Shown in pieces: positions 45,592-56,805 of a stretch of DNA of 64,000 nt (positions within the stretch are counted from its first letter, which is position 1; every line of letters starts with the position of its first letter). A program made the translations under genes and the position numbers. This stretch comes from a virus, in IMG/VR virus record IMGVR_UViG_3300046169_000120, positions 1 through 64,000 of that record; one strand, given 5' to 3'. The notes under the pieces are model-generated. The model was not told the DNA's origin, searched no databases, and saw nothing but the letters and a program-made list of their open reading frames with translations.

Positions 45592-46087
45592 ACTATTACC
45601 ACTTACGAAAATTTTCGTAGGAAAATCTTCCTGCAAGGGAAGGGGTGTCTTTGCCGCTCAAGACCTTGAGCAAGAAGAATTAATTGAAGAATCGCATTTC
45701 ATAATTTCTGGTTGCGCAAGTGACCTTCAAGATGAGCAGCTGAAGAGATATGTATTTTCTTTATTTTATAATGAAAAATTCAGTGCAGAAGAAAATGAAC
45801 GATTAAATTTTCAATCGCTTTTTAAGCTAAGAATTGATGACCAAGATATTCAAAATTCTTTCTTTCAAGAATTGAAAGATCTTGGATATGATGACTCTTC
45901 AAAAATTTTCTCAACAGCAGCAGTACTAGGTTATGGTATGATATACAATCACTCATTAAACCCTAATATAGAATGGGATATAGATTATAATGATTTTGTG
46001 TTTAAATATAAAACTAACCAAAAAATTTCCAAGGGACAAGAACTTTTTATAAATTATGGCAACCCAGAAAGAAAAGATTTAAAATGA
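45581..46087 (+). CDS. SET-domain (lysine methyltransferase-like) protein
   Basis: KGRGVFA, YNHSLNPN, ISKGQELFINYG; AGGAG before ATG 45581. Confidence 0.88.
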   Translation: MKDKLLPLTKIFVGKSSCKGRGVFAAQDLEQEELIEESHFIISGCASDLQDEQLKRYVFSLFYNEKFSAEENERLNFQSLFKLRIDDQDIQNSFFQELKDLGYDDSSKIFSTAAVLGYGMIYNHSLNPNIEWDIDYNDFVFKYKTNQKISKGQELFINYGNPERKDLK

Positions 46088-46728
46088 AAGAATCACTACT
46101 TAGATTTCAAAAGAACAAAAATTATCTTGTTTTTGATTACGAAACCTGTAATCTCAACTTAACTGCAAACAATAAGCCTTGGCAATTAGCATTTCTTGTG
46201 ATAAAGAATAATAAAATTGTAGAATCTAAAGATTATTGGCTCAAATGGGACGAGCTTCATGTGTCCCCAGAGGCTGCAAAAATTACAGGATTTACAGAAG
46301 CGAAGTATAAAAAGAAAGCAACCTGCCCAAAAGCTGCACTTGATCATTTAGAGAAGTATTTGTATGACGACTCTTATCTTAAGGTTGGACACAATCTACT
46401 AGGCTTTGATGTTTACATGCACAATCTACATCGTAAACTTGTTGACTCAAAGGCTCAAGCTGATTATAGTTACACAGAGCACCTTGTTGACACCTTGTGT
46501 TTGGCGAAAGCACTCAAGAAGCGAATCAAGTTAGATAAAGATGACGACTTTCTTGCTTGGCAATATCGACTCAACCACTTGATCGAAAGAGGTTTGAGTT
46601 GTAATTTAAAACAATGCTGCAAAGATTTCGACATCGACTTTGATGAAAAAAAGTTGCATGACGCTTTGTATGACATTACTGTTAATTTTGAAGTATTTAA
46701 AAAAATGATCTGGGAAATAGAAGTATGA
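46084..46728 (+). CDS. DEDDh 3'-5' exonuclease (DnaQ/epsilon-like)
   Basis: VFDYET, GHNLLGFD, DTL, LHDALYD. Confidence 0.9.
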   Translation: MKESLLRFQKNKNYLVFDYETCNLNLTANNKPWQLAFLVIKNNKIVESKDYWLKWDELHVSPEAAKITGFTEAKYKKKATCPKAALDHLEKYLYDDSYLKVGHNLLGFDVYMHNLHRKLVDSKAQADYSYTEHLVDTLCLAKALKKRIKLDKDDDFLAWQYRLNHLIERGLSCNLKQCCKDFDIDFDEKKLHDALYDITVNFEVFKKMIWEIEV

Positions 46729-49286
46729 GCGAATTCACAAAACAATTTACAAGTTATGAAGATTGCATTCCTCCAGGAGTGCGTCTTCCAAATATTAAAA
46801 TCGAAGAGAAGTATTATAAAATGCTGGAAACATCTCCAGACATATCCAACTTTGACTTTCTTCGTAAACTATGTCATAAAGGCGTATACGATCGCGGAAT
46901 CGATAAGTTTGATAATAAAAAAGAATACTTTGATCGTGCAAAATCAGAATTAAAAATATTAGATGAACTAGGATTTATTGATTATATATTATTAAATTGG
47001 GATATACTTAATTTTTGTCATGAGAATGATATTCCAACTGGCCCAGGCAGAGGAAGTGCAGCGGGCTCACTTGTACTGTATTTGATTGGAGTAACAAATG
47101 TTGATCCTGTAGAATATAATTTGTTTTTTGAGCGATTTGTTTCGAAAAGTCGTGCTCGCAAAACCGAAAAAGATGGAGTCACTTATCTTGACGGAAGCTT
47201 GTTGGCAGATGTAGATAACGACATCGCTTATGAGCGTCGTGCCGAAGTTATAGATTATATCGAGCGCAAACATCCTGCTCGTACCGCAAAGATTCTTACA
47301 CTGAATACTCTTAGTGGCAAATTATGTGTCAAAGAATGTGGTAAAATTGTTGGTGAATTCACCGAGCAGCAAGTTAATGAAGTGAGTGATACTATTCCAA
47401 AACGTTTTGGAGTTGTTGTGCCCCTTCAGACTGCTATTGAAGAGAGTGAAAAATTTACCGATTGGGCGGCGCAGAATGGAGAAGTATTTAATATCGCCCT
47501 AAAGCTTGAAGGCTTAAACAAAAACACGGGTGTCCACCCAAGTGGTATTGCCATTTCGTTTGACACAATGACTGATATCTGCCCTGTGCAAACATCAAAT
47601 GATGGTGCATTAGTCACAGGTTATGATATGAATTGGGTGTCTGAACTGATGGTCAAGTTTGATATTCTTGGATTGCGCACGTTAAGCGTGATTTATGATG
47701 TATGCAAGAGTCTTGGAATTGATTGTAATGAAATTGATCTTCACAATGCAGAAATATTCAAACCATTACAGGGCCTACGAGCGCCCCATGGCTTGTTTCA
47801 GTTAGAATCTGATACAAACTATCGTGTCTGCAAGAAAGTTAAACCACAGAGCCTTGAGCAGCTTAGCGCGGTTATAGCTATTGGTCGCCCAGGAGCTCTT
47901 GAGTTCTTAGGGGACTATGCGACTTATATCGAAACAAATGAAGCTCAAGTGATTCATGAATTTTTTACAGACGTTTTAGATTATACAGGAGGAATTCCGC
48001 TTTACCAAGAGCAACTTATGCAAATGGCGGTTAAAGTTGGATTTACTCTTGATGAATCAGAACAACTTCGTCGTATAGTAGGAAAGAAAAAGATTGACCA
48101 AATGCCTGCGTGGAAAGCCAAGATTGAAGAGAAAGTAAGACAGAAAGGATTGAGTCCAGATGTTGGAACAATACTTTGGAGCGTTGCAGAGGATAGTGCA
48201 AACTATTCATTCAACAAATCACACTCTTTAAGTTATTCAGTTCTTTCTGCATGGACTACATATCTTAAATTTAATCATCCACAACAATTCTTTCTTTCGT
48301 TATTAAAAATGACAAAGTATGAACCTGCGCCACAGGAAGAAATATCTAAAGTTAGTAAAGAATTATCTCATTTTGGTATAAAATTACTATCTCCAGACTT
48401 GGCCAAATCTGGCATGGACTTCTCCATTGAGGGTAAGGATATTCGCTTTGGTTTGAATAGTATAAAAGGCGTTAGTGAAAAATCTTTGCAGTCATTGCGT
48501 GATTTTCGTTCGAGTGAAACGCCAACTAAATATGATATTTTTCTTGCTGCAAAGCAAGCGGGATTGAATATTGGTATCTTGAGCGCGTTAATTCAGGCTG
48601 GAGCACTAGAAAGTAAAGGGTCTAACAGGTCACTTATGGTTCTTGAAGCTCAAGCATTCAATCAATTAACCGACCGCGAAAAACGAAACTTTATACTTCT
48701 CGGCGATAAATATGAATATAAATTATTAAATTGTATTGCAGATGCAAAAAAAGGTGATCTTGTGGGAGATGATGGTAAACCATTAATGAAAGAATCAAGG
48801 TTCAAAACATTCAAAAGAAAATATGATGTATATAAATCAATTTATGATAAAAATAAACAATATGAAACATTTGCAAATTGGTATTTTGAAACAGAACTTC
48901 TTGGATACAGTCACAGCTCTAATCTCAAAACATGTTTTACAGACAGTTACAATTCATTAAAAGATTCTCGCGATCTGCAACTCATGGATGCAGATGACAA
49001 GGGAAAGTTTATTGGTGTGGTGGAAGATTGTATCAAAAGAACCTCACGAAATGGCAACAAATATATGAAATTAAGTATCGCAGACGAGTATGGAAGATAT
49101 GACGCAATGTTATTAAATTCTCGCCGAGGAAAATTTTATGACAGATATTTTGACTCTGACAAGAAAACTCCTGTAAAAAAGAGTATAATAGTAGCATATG
49201 GACGCAAAGGTGAAGATATTGTTTTTCTCGATTCATTAAATATAATGGATGAAAAAATCTACATGAAAATGTCAGACGTTAAGTAA
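46725..49286 (+). CDS. dnaE: DNA polymerase III alpha subunit (no PHP domain)
   Basis: GPGRGSAAGSLV, FERF, DVDND, HPSG, KFDILGL, LYQEQ, YSFNKSH, IRFGL. Confidence 0.95.
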   Translation: MSEFTKQFTSYEDCIPPGVRLPNIKIEEKYYKMLETSPDISNFDFLRKLCHKGVYDRGIDKFDNKKEYFDRAKSELKILDELGFIDYILLNWDILNFCHENDIPTGPGRGSAAGSLVLYLIGVTNVDPVEYNLFFERFVSKSRARKTEKDGVTYLDGSLLADVDNDIAYERRAEVIDYIERKHPARTAKILTLNTLSGKLCVKECGKIVGEFTEQQVNEVSDTIPKRFGVVVPLQTAIEESEKFTDWAAQNGEVFNIALKLEGLNKNTGVHPSGIAISFDTMTDICPVQTSNDGALVTGYDMNWVSELMVKFDILGLRTLSVIYDVCKSLGIDCNEIDLHNAEIFKPLQGLRAPHGLFQLESDTNYRVCKKVKPQSLEQLSAVIAIGRPGALEFLGDYATYIETNEAQVIHEFFTDVLDYTGGIPLYQEQLMQMAVKVGFTLDESEQLRRIVGKKKIDQMPAWKAKIEEKVRQKGLSPDVGTILWSVAEDSANYSFNKSHSLSYSVLSAWTTYLKFNHPQQFFLSLLKMTKYEPAPQEEISKVSKELSHFGIKLLSPDLAKSGMDFSIEGKDIRFGLNSIKGVSEKSLQSLRDFRSSETPTKYDIFLAAKQAGLNIGILSALIQAGALESKGSNRSLMVLEAQAFNQLTDREKRNFILLGDKYEYKLLNCIADAKKGDLVGDDGKPLMKESRFKTFKRKYDVYKSIYDKNKQYETFANWYFETELLGYSHSSNLKTCFTDSYNSLKDSRDLQLMDADDKGKFIGVVEDCIKRTSRNGNKYMKLSIADEYGRYDAMLLNSRRGKFYDRYFDSDKKTPVKKSIIVAYGRKGEDIVFLDSLNIMDEKIYMKMSDVK

Positions 49287-49308
49287 TTTAGCGTGTAAAT
49301 CAATGAAG

Positions 49309-51783
49309 ATGACTCCAAAACCAAACTTTACGCCGCGTGCGCAACAAGCGATCAGTGAAGCAAAAAGAGTAGCCACTAAATTCGGAAATGAATTTATTAG
49401 CCTAGAGCATTTGTTTTACGGAATGGTCAATTTGAATGCAGGAATTTTGAGCGAAATATTATTTTTATTACAGATCGATCAGGATCTTCTCAAGGAAGAG
49501 ATCGAGAAAACATTTTATATTGTAGAAAGCGACAGTACTCAAGCTTTTATACCCGAAGATTTTCATGCAGAATATGATGAACATTTTCATCTTGTATTGA
49601 AAGTTGCAGCGAGTATTAGTGACAAACTCGGGCATGAATATGTTGGTGTAGAACACATGTTGCTAGCTTTATTAAAGTATGAACACTCTAGTATTCCCAG
49701 CTTTTTTGATCACTTTCATGCAAGTGAAGATGATATCATTGCAGAAGTACGAGAATATTTACATATATCAAAAGAACAAACCCCACCCAAACAAGATCGC
49801 ATAAAATTCATCAAAAAGAATGCGCAAACAGTAAAAGAATCAAAACAACCAAACCTCGAAAAATTTGCCACCAATTTAAATGAAGCTGCAAAACAAGGAA
49901 AATTTGATAATATCATTGGTAAAGAAAGTGAAATATATGATGTGTCAGAAATTCTTTGTCGCAGAACGAAGAATAACCCCGTATTACTTGGAGAGCCTGG
50001 AGTTGGTAAAACAGCTATCGTTGAAGGTTTAGCTCAAAACATTGTAAAAGGTACATGCTCAGACTTTCTACTCAACAAAGTTATATACTCTTTAGACTTA
50101 GGATCCTTGATTGCTGGCACAAAATATCGTGGTCAATTTGAAGAAAGATTAAAAGGAATAATCGAAGAAGCAAAAAAGAATAAAGATATCATATTGTTTG
50201 TAGATGAAATACACACTTTAGTGGGAGCAGGAAGTGCTGAAGGCAGCATGGACGCAGCAAACCTTTTAAAGCCTCTTTTGGCTCGTGGAGAACTGAAATG
50301 TATAGGAGCTACAACTCAATCCGAGTACAAAAAAACAATCCTGAAAGATGGAGCATTGGATCGTCGTTTTCAATCAGTAAAAGTTATCGAGCCAAACAAA
50401 GAAGAGACGCGACAAATTCTTGAAGGAGTTAAAGATAAATACGAAAGCTTTCATAGCATACATTATCCAGAAGAAACACTAGATTTGATTGTTGATCTGT
50501 CTGCAAAATATATATTAGATAAGCAGTTTCCAGATAAAGCTATAGATATTCTCGATCAAGTAGGATCAAAAGTAAAAATTAAAAATATCGAACGCCCGCA
50601 AAAAGCAAAAGATATAGAGCAACAATTAGAACTGCTAGCAGTTCAAGAAGCTAACTTGCAGTCTATAGGTCAGTCTTACGATGAAACCGAAGATCAGCAA
50701 TTAGATTTGCTTGAGCAGTATGACAAAATCATAACTGAATGGGCAAATAAAACAATGAAAAAACGCATTGCAGTTAAACCCAAGGACATATTCGAAGTTT
50801 TGAGTTCTCGCACAGGAGTTCCTGTTCAAGACATGAGCAAGAAAGATAGTGAAAAAATGCTTGGGCTACTTAAAAACCTTAATCGTAGAGTTGTTGGTCA
50901 AAAGCAAGCTTTGCAAGAAATCTCAGAATCTATACTTCGTTCGAAATCTGGCTTACAGGATCCTAATAAACCTGTAGGAAGCTTCCTTCTTGTTGGCGCA
51001 AGTGGAACAGGTAAAACTCATACCGCAAAATGTATTGCAGAATTTATTTATGGTAGCAAAAGCACATTAATTCAAATAGACATGAGTGAATACAGCGAAA
51101 AGATTGCTGCTACAAGATTGATTGGTGCTGCTCCAGGTTACGTAGGATACGAAGAAGGCGGAGAGTTAACTGAAAAAGTTCGCCGCAATCCATACAGCGT
51201 TGTTTTGTTTGACGAAGTCGAAAAAGCTCATCCAGAAGTGCTCAATATTCTTCTTCAAATTATGGAAGAGGGAGTTGTGACCGATAACAGTGGAAGAAAA
51301 ATACATTTTAATAATTGCATAATCATATTAACTGGAAACATAGGCAGCGAGAAAGCTGCCAAGCCAAACATTGGCTTCGGTCAGAGTGATAGCGAATCAG
51401 TAGCAAAAGACAAACTTTTCACAGAGTTGAAAACATTCTTTCGTCCAGAATTCCTTAATCGCTTGAATGAAGTAATATTATTCAATGACTTTGATATCAA
51501 AGAGCTAGCTAAAATAGTGAAGCTTGAAGCGTCTAAAGTGGCAGATAAATTAATAGATAAAAACATAAAAATGTCTATCACACCAAGCGTATCAAAATAT
51601 ATTGCAGAGCAAGCTGCTAAAGAAAAAATGGGAGCTCGTCCAATAAGAAGAATAATACAAAAATTAATTGAAAATCAATTGAGCACATTACTTCTAAGCA
51701 AAAAATTGCCTGAAAATTCAACAATCAAGTTCTCTCTAATCAAAGGAGAACTAGAATACAAAATTACGGAAGAAGAGGTTTGA
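49309..51783 (+). CDS. clpC: ClpC/ClpA-type AAA+ unfoldase
   Basis: Clp-N domain, [30 protein letters not shown] loop; start ATG 49309 or 49303. Confidence 0.9.
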   Translation: MTPKPNFTPRAQQAISEAKRVATKFGNEFISLEHLFYGMVNLNAGILSEILFLLQIDQDLLKEEIEKTFYIVESDSTQAFIPEDFHAEYDEHFHLVLKVAASISDKLGHEYVGVEHMLLALLKYEHSSIPSFFDHFHASEDDIIAEVREYLHISKEQTPPKQDRIKFIKKNAQTVKESKQPNLEKFATNLNEAAKQGKFDNIIGKESEIYDVSEILCRRTKNNPVLLGEPGVGKTAIVEGLAQNIVKGTCSDFLLNKVIYSLDLGSLIAGTKYRGQFEERLKGIIEEAKKNKDIILFVDEIHTLVGAGSAEGSMDAANLLKPLLARGELKCIGATTQSEYKKTILKDGALDRRFQSVKVIEPNKEETRQILEGVKDKYESFHSIHYPEETLDLIVDLSAKYILDKQFPDKAIDILDQVGSKVKIKNIERPQKAKDIEQQLELLAVQEANLQSIGQSYDETEDQQLDLLEQYDKIITEWANKTMKKRIAVKPKDIFEVLSSRTGVPVQDMSKKDSEKMLGLLKNLNRRVVGQKQALQEISESILRSKSGLQDPNKPVGSFLLVGASGTGKTHTAKCIAEFIYGSKSTLIQIDMSEYSEKIAATRLIGAAPGYVGYEEGGELTEKVRRNPYSVVLFDEVEKAHPEVLNILLQIMEEGVVTDNSGRKIHFNNCIIILTGNIGSEKAAKPNIGFGQSDSESVAKDKLFTELKTFFRPEFLNRLNEVILFNDFDIKELAKIVKLEASKVADKLIDKNIKMSITPSVSKYIAEQAAKEKMGARPIRRIIQKLIENQLSTLLLSKKLPENSTIKFSLIKGELEYKITEEEV

Positions 51784-52273
51784 TGGGATCGGGAAGTTCG
51801 GGATTTTTAACTTCCATAGGATCCTCGAACTTCTCACCTGGATTGTTGTGAAGATCCTTACTAGTGTCATTTTGTTTTTCATTATAGATGCTCATGCATG
51901 CGCCAAAACGATCTCCTTGAATAGGATAACGTTTCTTCATGTTTGCATCTAATATGCAACGAGTAACAAATTGATCACCGCTTTCTTGTGCAGAAGGAGT
52001 TGGATACCGTTTATCTTGATTAGATAAATAATTATTTTTCTCGGAATCAGATTCCTCTTCTTTTTGTGCAGGAAACATTTTTTCATACTCAGAATACTGT
52101 AAAGCTTTATCAATACTTTCGTATGCTTCATTTACATTCTTTCGAACCCAGTCTTCTAGCATCGTGTTATCGTTGACCATCTCATACATCAATCTAGCTT
52201 TTTTCCAAATGTGAAACAATTGAGATTTGATGATTTTATTTGGATTAGAATTACTTTCTGAAATTTCGCTCAT
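51764..52273 (-). CDS. Hypothetical virion (internal head?) protein
   Basis: KSQL...LEDWV and PTP..QES..QFVTRC...GAC short modules; GTGTA upstream. Confidence 0.55.
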   Translation of the reverse strand: MSEISESNSNPNKIIKSQLFHIWKKARLMYEMVNDNTMLEDWVRKNVNEAYESIDKALQYSEYEKMFPAQKEEESDSEKNNYLSNQDKRYPTPSAQESGDQFVTRCILDANMKKRYPIQGDRFGACMSIYNEKQNDTSKDLHNNPGEKFEDPMEVKNPELPDPIKPLLP

Positions 52274-52292
52274 GATAATGTATTACACTGTT

Positions 52293-52811
52293 TTAATTAT
52301 AATATCCGTCGAGATTTGGATTTTGTCCTGTAGCAGGCGCATCAGCGCCGTGTACTTGATTAGGCTTGGCTCCATATAGGTTATATGCATGAACCAAATC
52401 TTTCAACCTTTCCTGGGAAGATAAGTATGCTTCATGATAACTTTTCGCAGTAAGATTTTTATTTGATCTTTGGATCATTGAGTCCCCTTCTCTTATAACC
52501 TGAAAGTCTGCATTACCATCGCTTCCGTCAATACCCCTTAATACCCTACGATGAGATTTGCGATTATACTCGCTAACATATAATTCTGTTAATATTGATT
52601 GTTCCTCAAGATTAAGCCCGCTAGGATTTGCCCCGCTAAATTGAGAATAAATTAAGTTATTTAATTCCCCCAAATGACCCTCAAGCCATCCAGATATTAA
52701 GCCAATTTGTGTTTCTCTAGCTGCTCCCTGCGGTTCGTAACCAATTTCTTGGTCGTGAATAAAAACCGCCAAATGACCAAGGTTTGTATCTGGATGTATG
52801 TCGTGAGCCAT
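52293..52811 (-). CDS. Putative head-completion/adaptor protein
   Basis: Position downstream of the capsid genes; IREGDS motif. Confidence 0.45.
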   Translation of the reverse strand: MAHDIHPDTNLGHLAVFIHDQEIGYEPQGAARETQIGLISGWLEGHLGELNNLIYSQFSGANPSGLNLEEQSILTELYVSEYNRKSHRRVLRGIDGSDGNADFQVIREGDSMIQRSNKNLTAKSYHEAYLSSQERLKDLVHAYNLYGAKPNQVHGADAPATGQNPNLDGYYN

Positions 52812-52812
52812 G

Positions 52813-53235
52813 TTAACCTCTCAAGTAATCGATAACCTCTTTATGCTTCGGATTGTTGGGGTCAAGGTGTAAAGGTTCTCCCATAACTTGAACACTTCCC
52901 TTGCCATGTAAACTTGCATCAAATGCTCGTTTAATCTTGTTTTTTAACACTGTTTTATTTCCAGCTGGAAATACTCCAACCTTAACTGCGAATGCTTGAA
53001 GATCTGTAAGATTCATATCTTGCAGCATATCAGTAAATACTCTTTTATCGTTGGTTTTAAATGGATTAATTTTTGGAATACCTAGGATTTCTTCAAGCTC
53101 GCGTGCCTTAGCGACTTGATCTTCATAACTTTTTCCGTTTGTTTGTTGAAGATTCTCAAGTTGTACTTTCTTCTTTTTTGCGGTTGCTTTTTTAGAAGCA
53201 GTAGACTTGCTCGATGTTGTTTTTTTGTTTGCCAT
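52813..53235 (-). CDS. Hypothetical protein with a basic N-terminal tail
   Basis: ORF after the MCP terminator; GTGTA at 53264..53268 and a purine-rich leader. Confidence 0.65.
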   Translation of the reverse strand: MANKKTTSSKSTASKKATAKKKKVQLENLQQTNGKSYEDQVAKARELEEILGIPKINPFKTNDKRVFTDMLQDMNLTDLQAFAVKVGVFPAGNKTVLKNKIKRAFDASLHGKGSVQVMGEPLHLDPNNPKHKEVIDYLRG

Positions 53236-53292
53236 AATTTATACCTTTTTCCTTTTAGGATTATACACTAATATATAGTAAATTGATAAAAT

Positions 53293-53322
53293 AAAAAATC
53301 CACCCCAGTTTCCTGAGGTGGA
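53293..53322 (-). terminator. Rho-independent terminator after major capsid gene
   Basis: Minus strand TCCACCTCAG-GAAA-CTGGGGTGGA followed by T6. Confidence 0.88.
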
Positions 53323-53354
53323 CCTTTTATAAAACGTTAATTTTTAAATTAAAA

Positions 53355-54494
53355 TTAAACGATAAGACCAAGTAATACGCGATCGTCGATGATCATGCGA
53401 CCCTCTTCAAGAGAACCGTAATAACCAATCTTGGATTGACGTGTTACGAATTGATCGTCGGATACGAGAGAAAACTCATCTCCGGACTCGGAATCGGTAG
53501 CTACTGCACGAATCATGGATTCGCGACTAAGGTCAGCACCAACAAGGATTTGCTCACTAGCACCATCGAATGTTGTTGCGCTAGCGCTCACAGAATAGTG
53601 ATCACCATAGTCTGTACTACCTGCAGCTGTATCAAAAACAGTATTCCATTTTTGACCATTACCCAATTCATTATACTCTTGAATGGATACGCCATAGAAC
53701 TCAGGAATGCCAGCGCTATTGAAAATAGCGTCACGCATTGTGTCGGTACCAGCAATTCCGTCTCCAGCAGTTGGTACTCCACCAGCTCCACCAATTGTGT
53801 TAATTGGGTTGTAAGCTAAACCACGAATTTCTTCTACGATTTCAGGAGAAACAAGAAGATCTGTGATTCCGCGTCCGCGACGATCAGCAGGTGTTCCGCC
53901 AGTCCAAGAAGTATTAATTCTTTTGGCCTTAGTGAACAATTTATTGAGGTCTGAGAGTAAGAAGCGATTAGCTTGTGCAGAACGCATAACGTGTTTTTCG
54001 CTATTCGTTACAGCGTTAGCTAAGGCAGTCATTATCATTGTAGCAGAAGTTTTTTCTTGCTTAAGAAGAATTTCTTGTGCCATACGTGTGAATGTCTTAC
54101 TAACAACGTCAAGTCTGGAACGAGAAGCATAACGCTTATCGAAACTCAATGCACTGTCGAGAGTATAAGTTGTGAACTTAAGCTCGCTTTGTGAAGGAGC
54201 AACTTGGTTGGTAGGAAGTCCACCAGGAACTGATTGACTCCATACTTGGATGTAATCTTCGTCAGTAATGTCGTGGTAAAGATCCAAAGGAATACTTGGG
54301 CTCTCGTCACTGTTAAACTGAAGACTAGTAAACATGTTGCTTACTGTAGGGGCTGTGTTAACAACTTCTGCCAAAACTGGACCGATAAATTCGGCTAAAG
54401 CAGTTTGAGCTTCATATGCAACATCGCGATTCTTCGAAGCCATAGCTTTGATAAGCTCGGCTTGCTCGGGAGTGTTTTGTAAAGTAATTTTCAT
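53355..54494 (-). CDS. Major capsid protein
   Basis: 379 aa, last gene of the protease-decoration-capsid order, AAAGGA leader, terminator, HK97-like C-terminus KIGYYGSLEEGRMIIDDR. Confidence 0.8.
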   Translation of the reverse strand: MKITLQNTPEQAELIKAMASKNRDVAYEAQTALAEFIGPVLAEVVNTAPTVSNMFTSLQFNSDESPSIPLDLYHDITDEDYIQVWSQSVPGGLPTNQVAPSQSELKFTTYTLDSALSFDKRYASRSRLDVVSKTFTRMAQEILLKQEKTSATMIMTALANAVTNSEKHVMRSAQANRFLLSDLNKLFTKAKRINTSWTGGTPADRRGRGITDLLVSPEIVEEIRGLAYNPINTIGGAGGVPTAGDGIAGTDTMRDAIFNSAGIPEFYGVSIQEYNELGNGQKWNTVFDTAAGSTDYGDHYSVSASATTFDGASEQILVGADLSRESMIRAVATDSESGDEFSLVSDDQFVTRQSKIGYYGSLEEGRMIIDDRVLLGLIV

Positions 54495-54512
54495 TTTCTT
54501 AAATTTCCTTTC

Positions 54513-55142
54513 TTAGAAGCTGATTTTGCAGAGAAACTTTGCAGAACTATCGCTAGTATCAGTTCCTGTTGCAATTACTTTTCCTACAACAGCTGTTCCA
54601 GCACCACTAGTACCTGCTGCGGCCAATTGTCCAGCTACAGAAGAGATAACAAGGTTATCGTTTAATGAAGGAGCACTTTCAAAAGCTGCTGCAGTTAAAA
54701 GAACTAATCCTTTGGTCAAAACAGGAACTGTTTGTCCAGGAAGAACTCCTTGCGCTTCATCAAGCTTTTGTTTGTAGTACAACATTTTTTCACCATTTTC
54801 ATCAAAAGCAAGAGTTTCACGAAGTGTGATTCCCAGAGCTTTGTCTGCGGTGTCAGCGTCAGCAAGCGCAACAGTCATACCGTTAGAGGGGTATGCGTTA
54901 AATCCGACATGTGAACCATTGCTTGCTCCAAGGTAATCTCTAAGATTACCTGAAGTGGAAAGCGTGGATGGTGCATCACCGGGGAGTGCGCCCGCAGCTA
55001 CTTGAACAACAACACCTGCGTCAAATTCGCCGCTACCGCTAGCAACAAAACTCGAAAGAGTTGCTGAGCTAACGTCAAGCGAGAACAAATTGACAACGTC
55101 ATGTTCGCTGTAGTCTCGGTATGGTAGTATTCTTTTTGCCAT
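54513..55142 (-). CDS. Capsid decoration/cement protein
   Basis: Ala/Gly/Ser-rich; ALGITL, VPVLTKG, VVGKVI; lies between scaffold and MCP. Confidence 0.65.
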   Translation of the reverse strand: MAKRILPYRDYSEHDVVNLFSLDVSSATLSSFVASGSGEFDAGVVVQVAAGALPGDAPSTLSTSGNLRDYLGASNGSHVGFNAYPSNGMTVALADADTADKALGITLRETLAFDENGEKMLYYKQKLDEAQGVLPGQTVPVLTKGLVLLTAAAFESAPSLNDNLVISSVAGQLAAAGTSGAGTAVVGKVIATGTDTSDSSAKFLCKISF

Positions 55143-55162
55143 AATTTTTTTCTTTCTATATA

Positions 55163-56788
55163 TTAGTATGAAATTTTAACAGATTCTTTGAAAGTCTTGG
55201 AAAGACGATCACGAAGTGAGTCTCCATCCGAAGAGCTTTCATTGTTGTTTACAACAGCAGCTTCTTCAACTTCAAGCGAGTCAAGAGCTTCAGATACTTC
55301 GTCAGAAGTTTCTTCTGTAGCTTCTACCTCTTCTTGAATTTCGGATGCTTGTGCAACTTCAACTTCAACTTCTGTTTTTTCTTCTGTCGCAGCTTCAACT
55401 GTTTCGAGGCGCTTTGCAACTTCTGCAGCTACGCGATCTTCGAATGCCTTTTGCTCGGCAGCGATAAATTCTTTGTTTTTATGTTTCCAAACCTTAGCAA
55501 GCTTTTCTTGATAACCTGCAAAACTTTCTTCAGTTTCGTCAAGGTCAGTAAGTTCAGACGCTACGATTTTAGAATCTTCTTCGTCAAGGTCATAGATTTC
55601 GTTCAACATCTCCATGCGAGCATTAAAACGAACTTCAGATTCGCGAGCAGTATTTTCTTGCTCGAGAGCTGAAAGCTTCTCTTGAGTGGATTGCAGTTGC
55701 TGTTCTACTTCACCCATTTTCTCTTGAAGAGAATTTTGAGCCTGAACAGCTTCTTCTTTTTCAGCTTTAGCCTTGTCGAGATCAGCAACGTATTGTTCGC
55801 CTTTCTCACGGATAGCCTCGATAAACACTTTTGAGATGCTTGCGACGCTCTCTTCAGAGAAATCTTGGTTGCCAAGCTTTTCGTCTAAAGCTGCTCGGAA
55901 TTCATTTATGATTGTGTCTTTGTCCATAATAGTATTATTATTGGTTTCTTTGTTTAGTACATTTTCTTGTGAGGAATGGGAAGTTTTTTTGCTTTTTGTT
56001 ATTAATTCGTCGATTGGCTCATTTCTGCTTGATGTTGCAGCCTTGGGTTCACCTTGTTGAGTGACTAAACCTTTTACATCTGCCGCAGGGTTGGAAGTGA
56101 AACCTATTCCTAATGGATATATCTCACCAACAATCAAGCGATTAACTTTTCGACCGTCTTTCAATGCCCCTTTTCCTCCCAAAGATTTTAAATAAGGAGA
56201 GTACGCTTTAATCTCTTGAGGATCTGAAACAATTGTTGATTCGTGCAAGTCATCTCCACCAACAGATATTACATAATCATTAAAACCAACTTCCCAACTT
56301 GTAGAAACAGTTTGATAATAATCGCTTTCTGGGTCGGTTGAGTTCATAACCAAATCAGTAAACTCTTTACTCGCCGTTTTATAGACTACTGCGGCAAGTG
56401 CAATATTGTAAGCGCCTTCAGTAATCAAAGCTTCGTCATCACTTATTAATTCAGATGAATCATCATATCTTGAGAATCCGGCAGATACGATATGCCCAAC
56501 AATTCTATCTCTATCGTGTTCAATGTTAGTTGGTTTATGAATGAAAAAATCTTTGATTGCTACAGCAGCCTCGCTATCAATACCATCTCCATTTTTATTA
56601 AATTTATTTACTACTGCTGCATTGAATGCCACTCCAAGCAGGTCAATATTTCTATCAAGATCGATATTTTGAGGAATCAGAGGCTTGAGCGAATCAAGAG
56701 ATGCCTGGCTGATATTCGAATGCTCGATGTCACTTGATGCGAAAACTACGCTATCAAAAGTCGCGGTGTATTTATATTCTTTAGACAT
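55163..56788 (-). CDS. Prohead protease fused to coiled-coil scaffold
   Basis: NKNGD, KPTNIEH...IVGH, STSWE, GFTSNPA; acidic coiled-coil C-terminal half. Confidence 0.8.
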   Translation of the reverse strand: MSKEYKYTATFDSVVFASSDIEHSNISQASLDSLKPLIPQNIDLDRNIDLLGVAFNAAVVNKFNKNGDGIDSEAAVAIKDFFIHKPTNIEHDRDRIVGHIVSAGFSRYDDSSELISDDEALITEGAYNIALAAVVYKTASKEFTDLVMNSTDPESDYYQTVSTSWEVGFNDYVISVGGDDLHESTIVSDPQEIKAYSPYLKSLGGKGALKDGRKVNRLIVGEIYPLGIGFTSNPAADVKGLVTQQGEPKAATSSRNEPIDELITKSKKTSHSSQENVLNKETNNNTIMDKDTIINEFRAALDEKLGNQDFSEESVASISKVFIEAIREKGEQYVADLDKAKAEKEEAVQAQNSLQEKMGEVEQQLQSTQEKLSALEQENTARESEVRFNARMEMLNEIYDLDEEDSKIVASELTDLDETEESFAGYQEKLAKVWKHKNKEFIAAEQKAFEDRVAAEVAKRLETVEAATEEKTEVEVEVAQASEIQEEVEATEETSDEVSEALDSLEVEEAAVVNNNESSSDGDSLRDRLSKTFKESVKISY

Positions 56789-56805
56789 TTAAATAAAATG
56801 TACAC

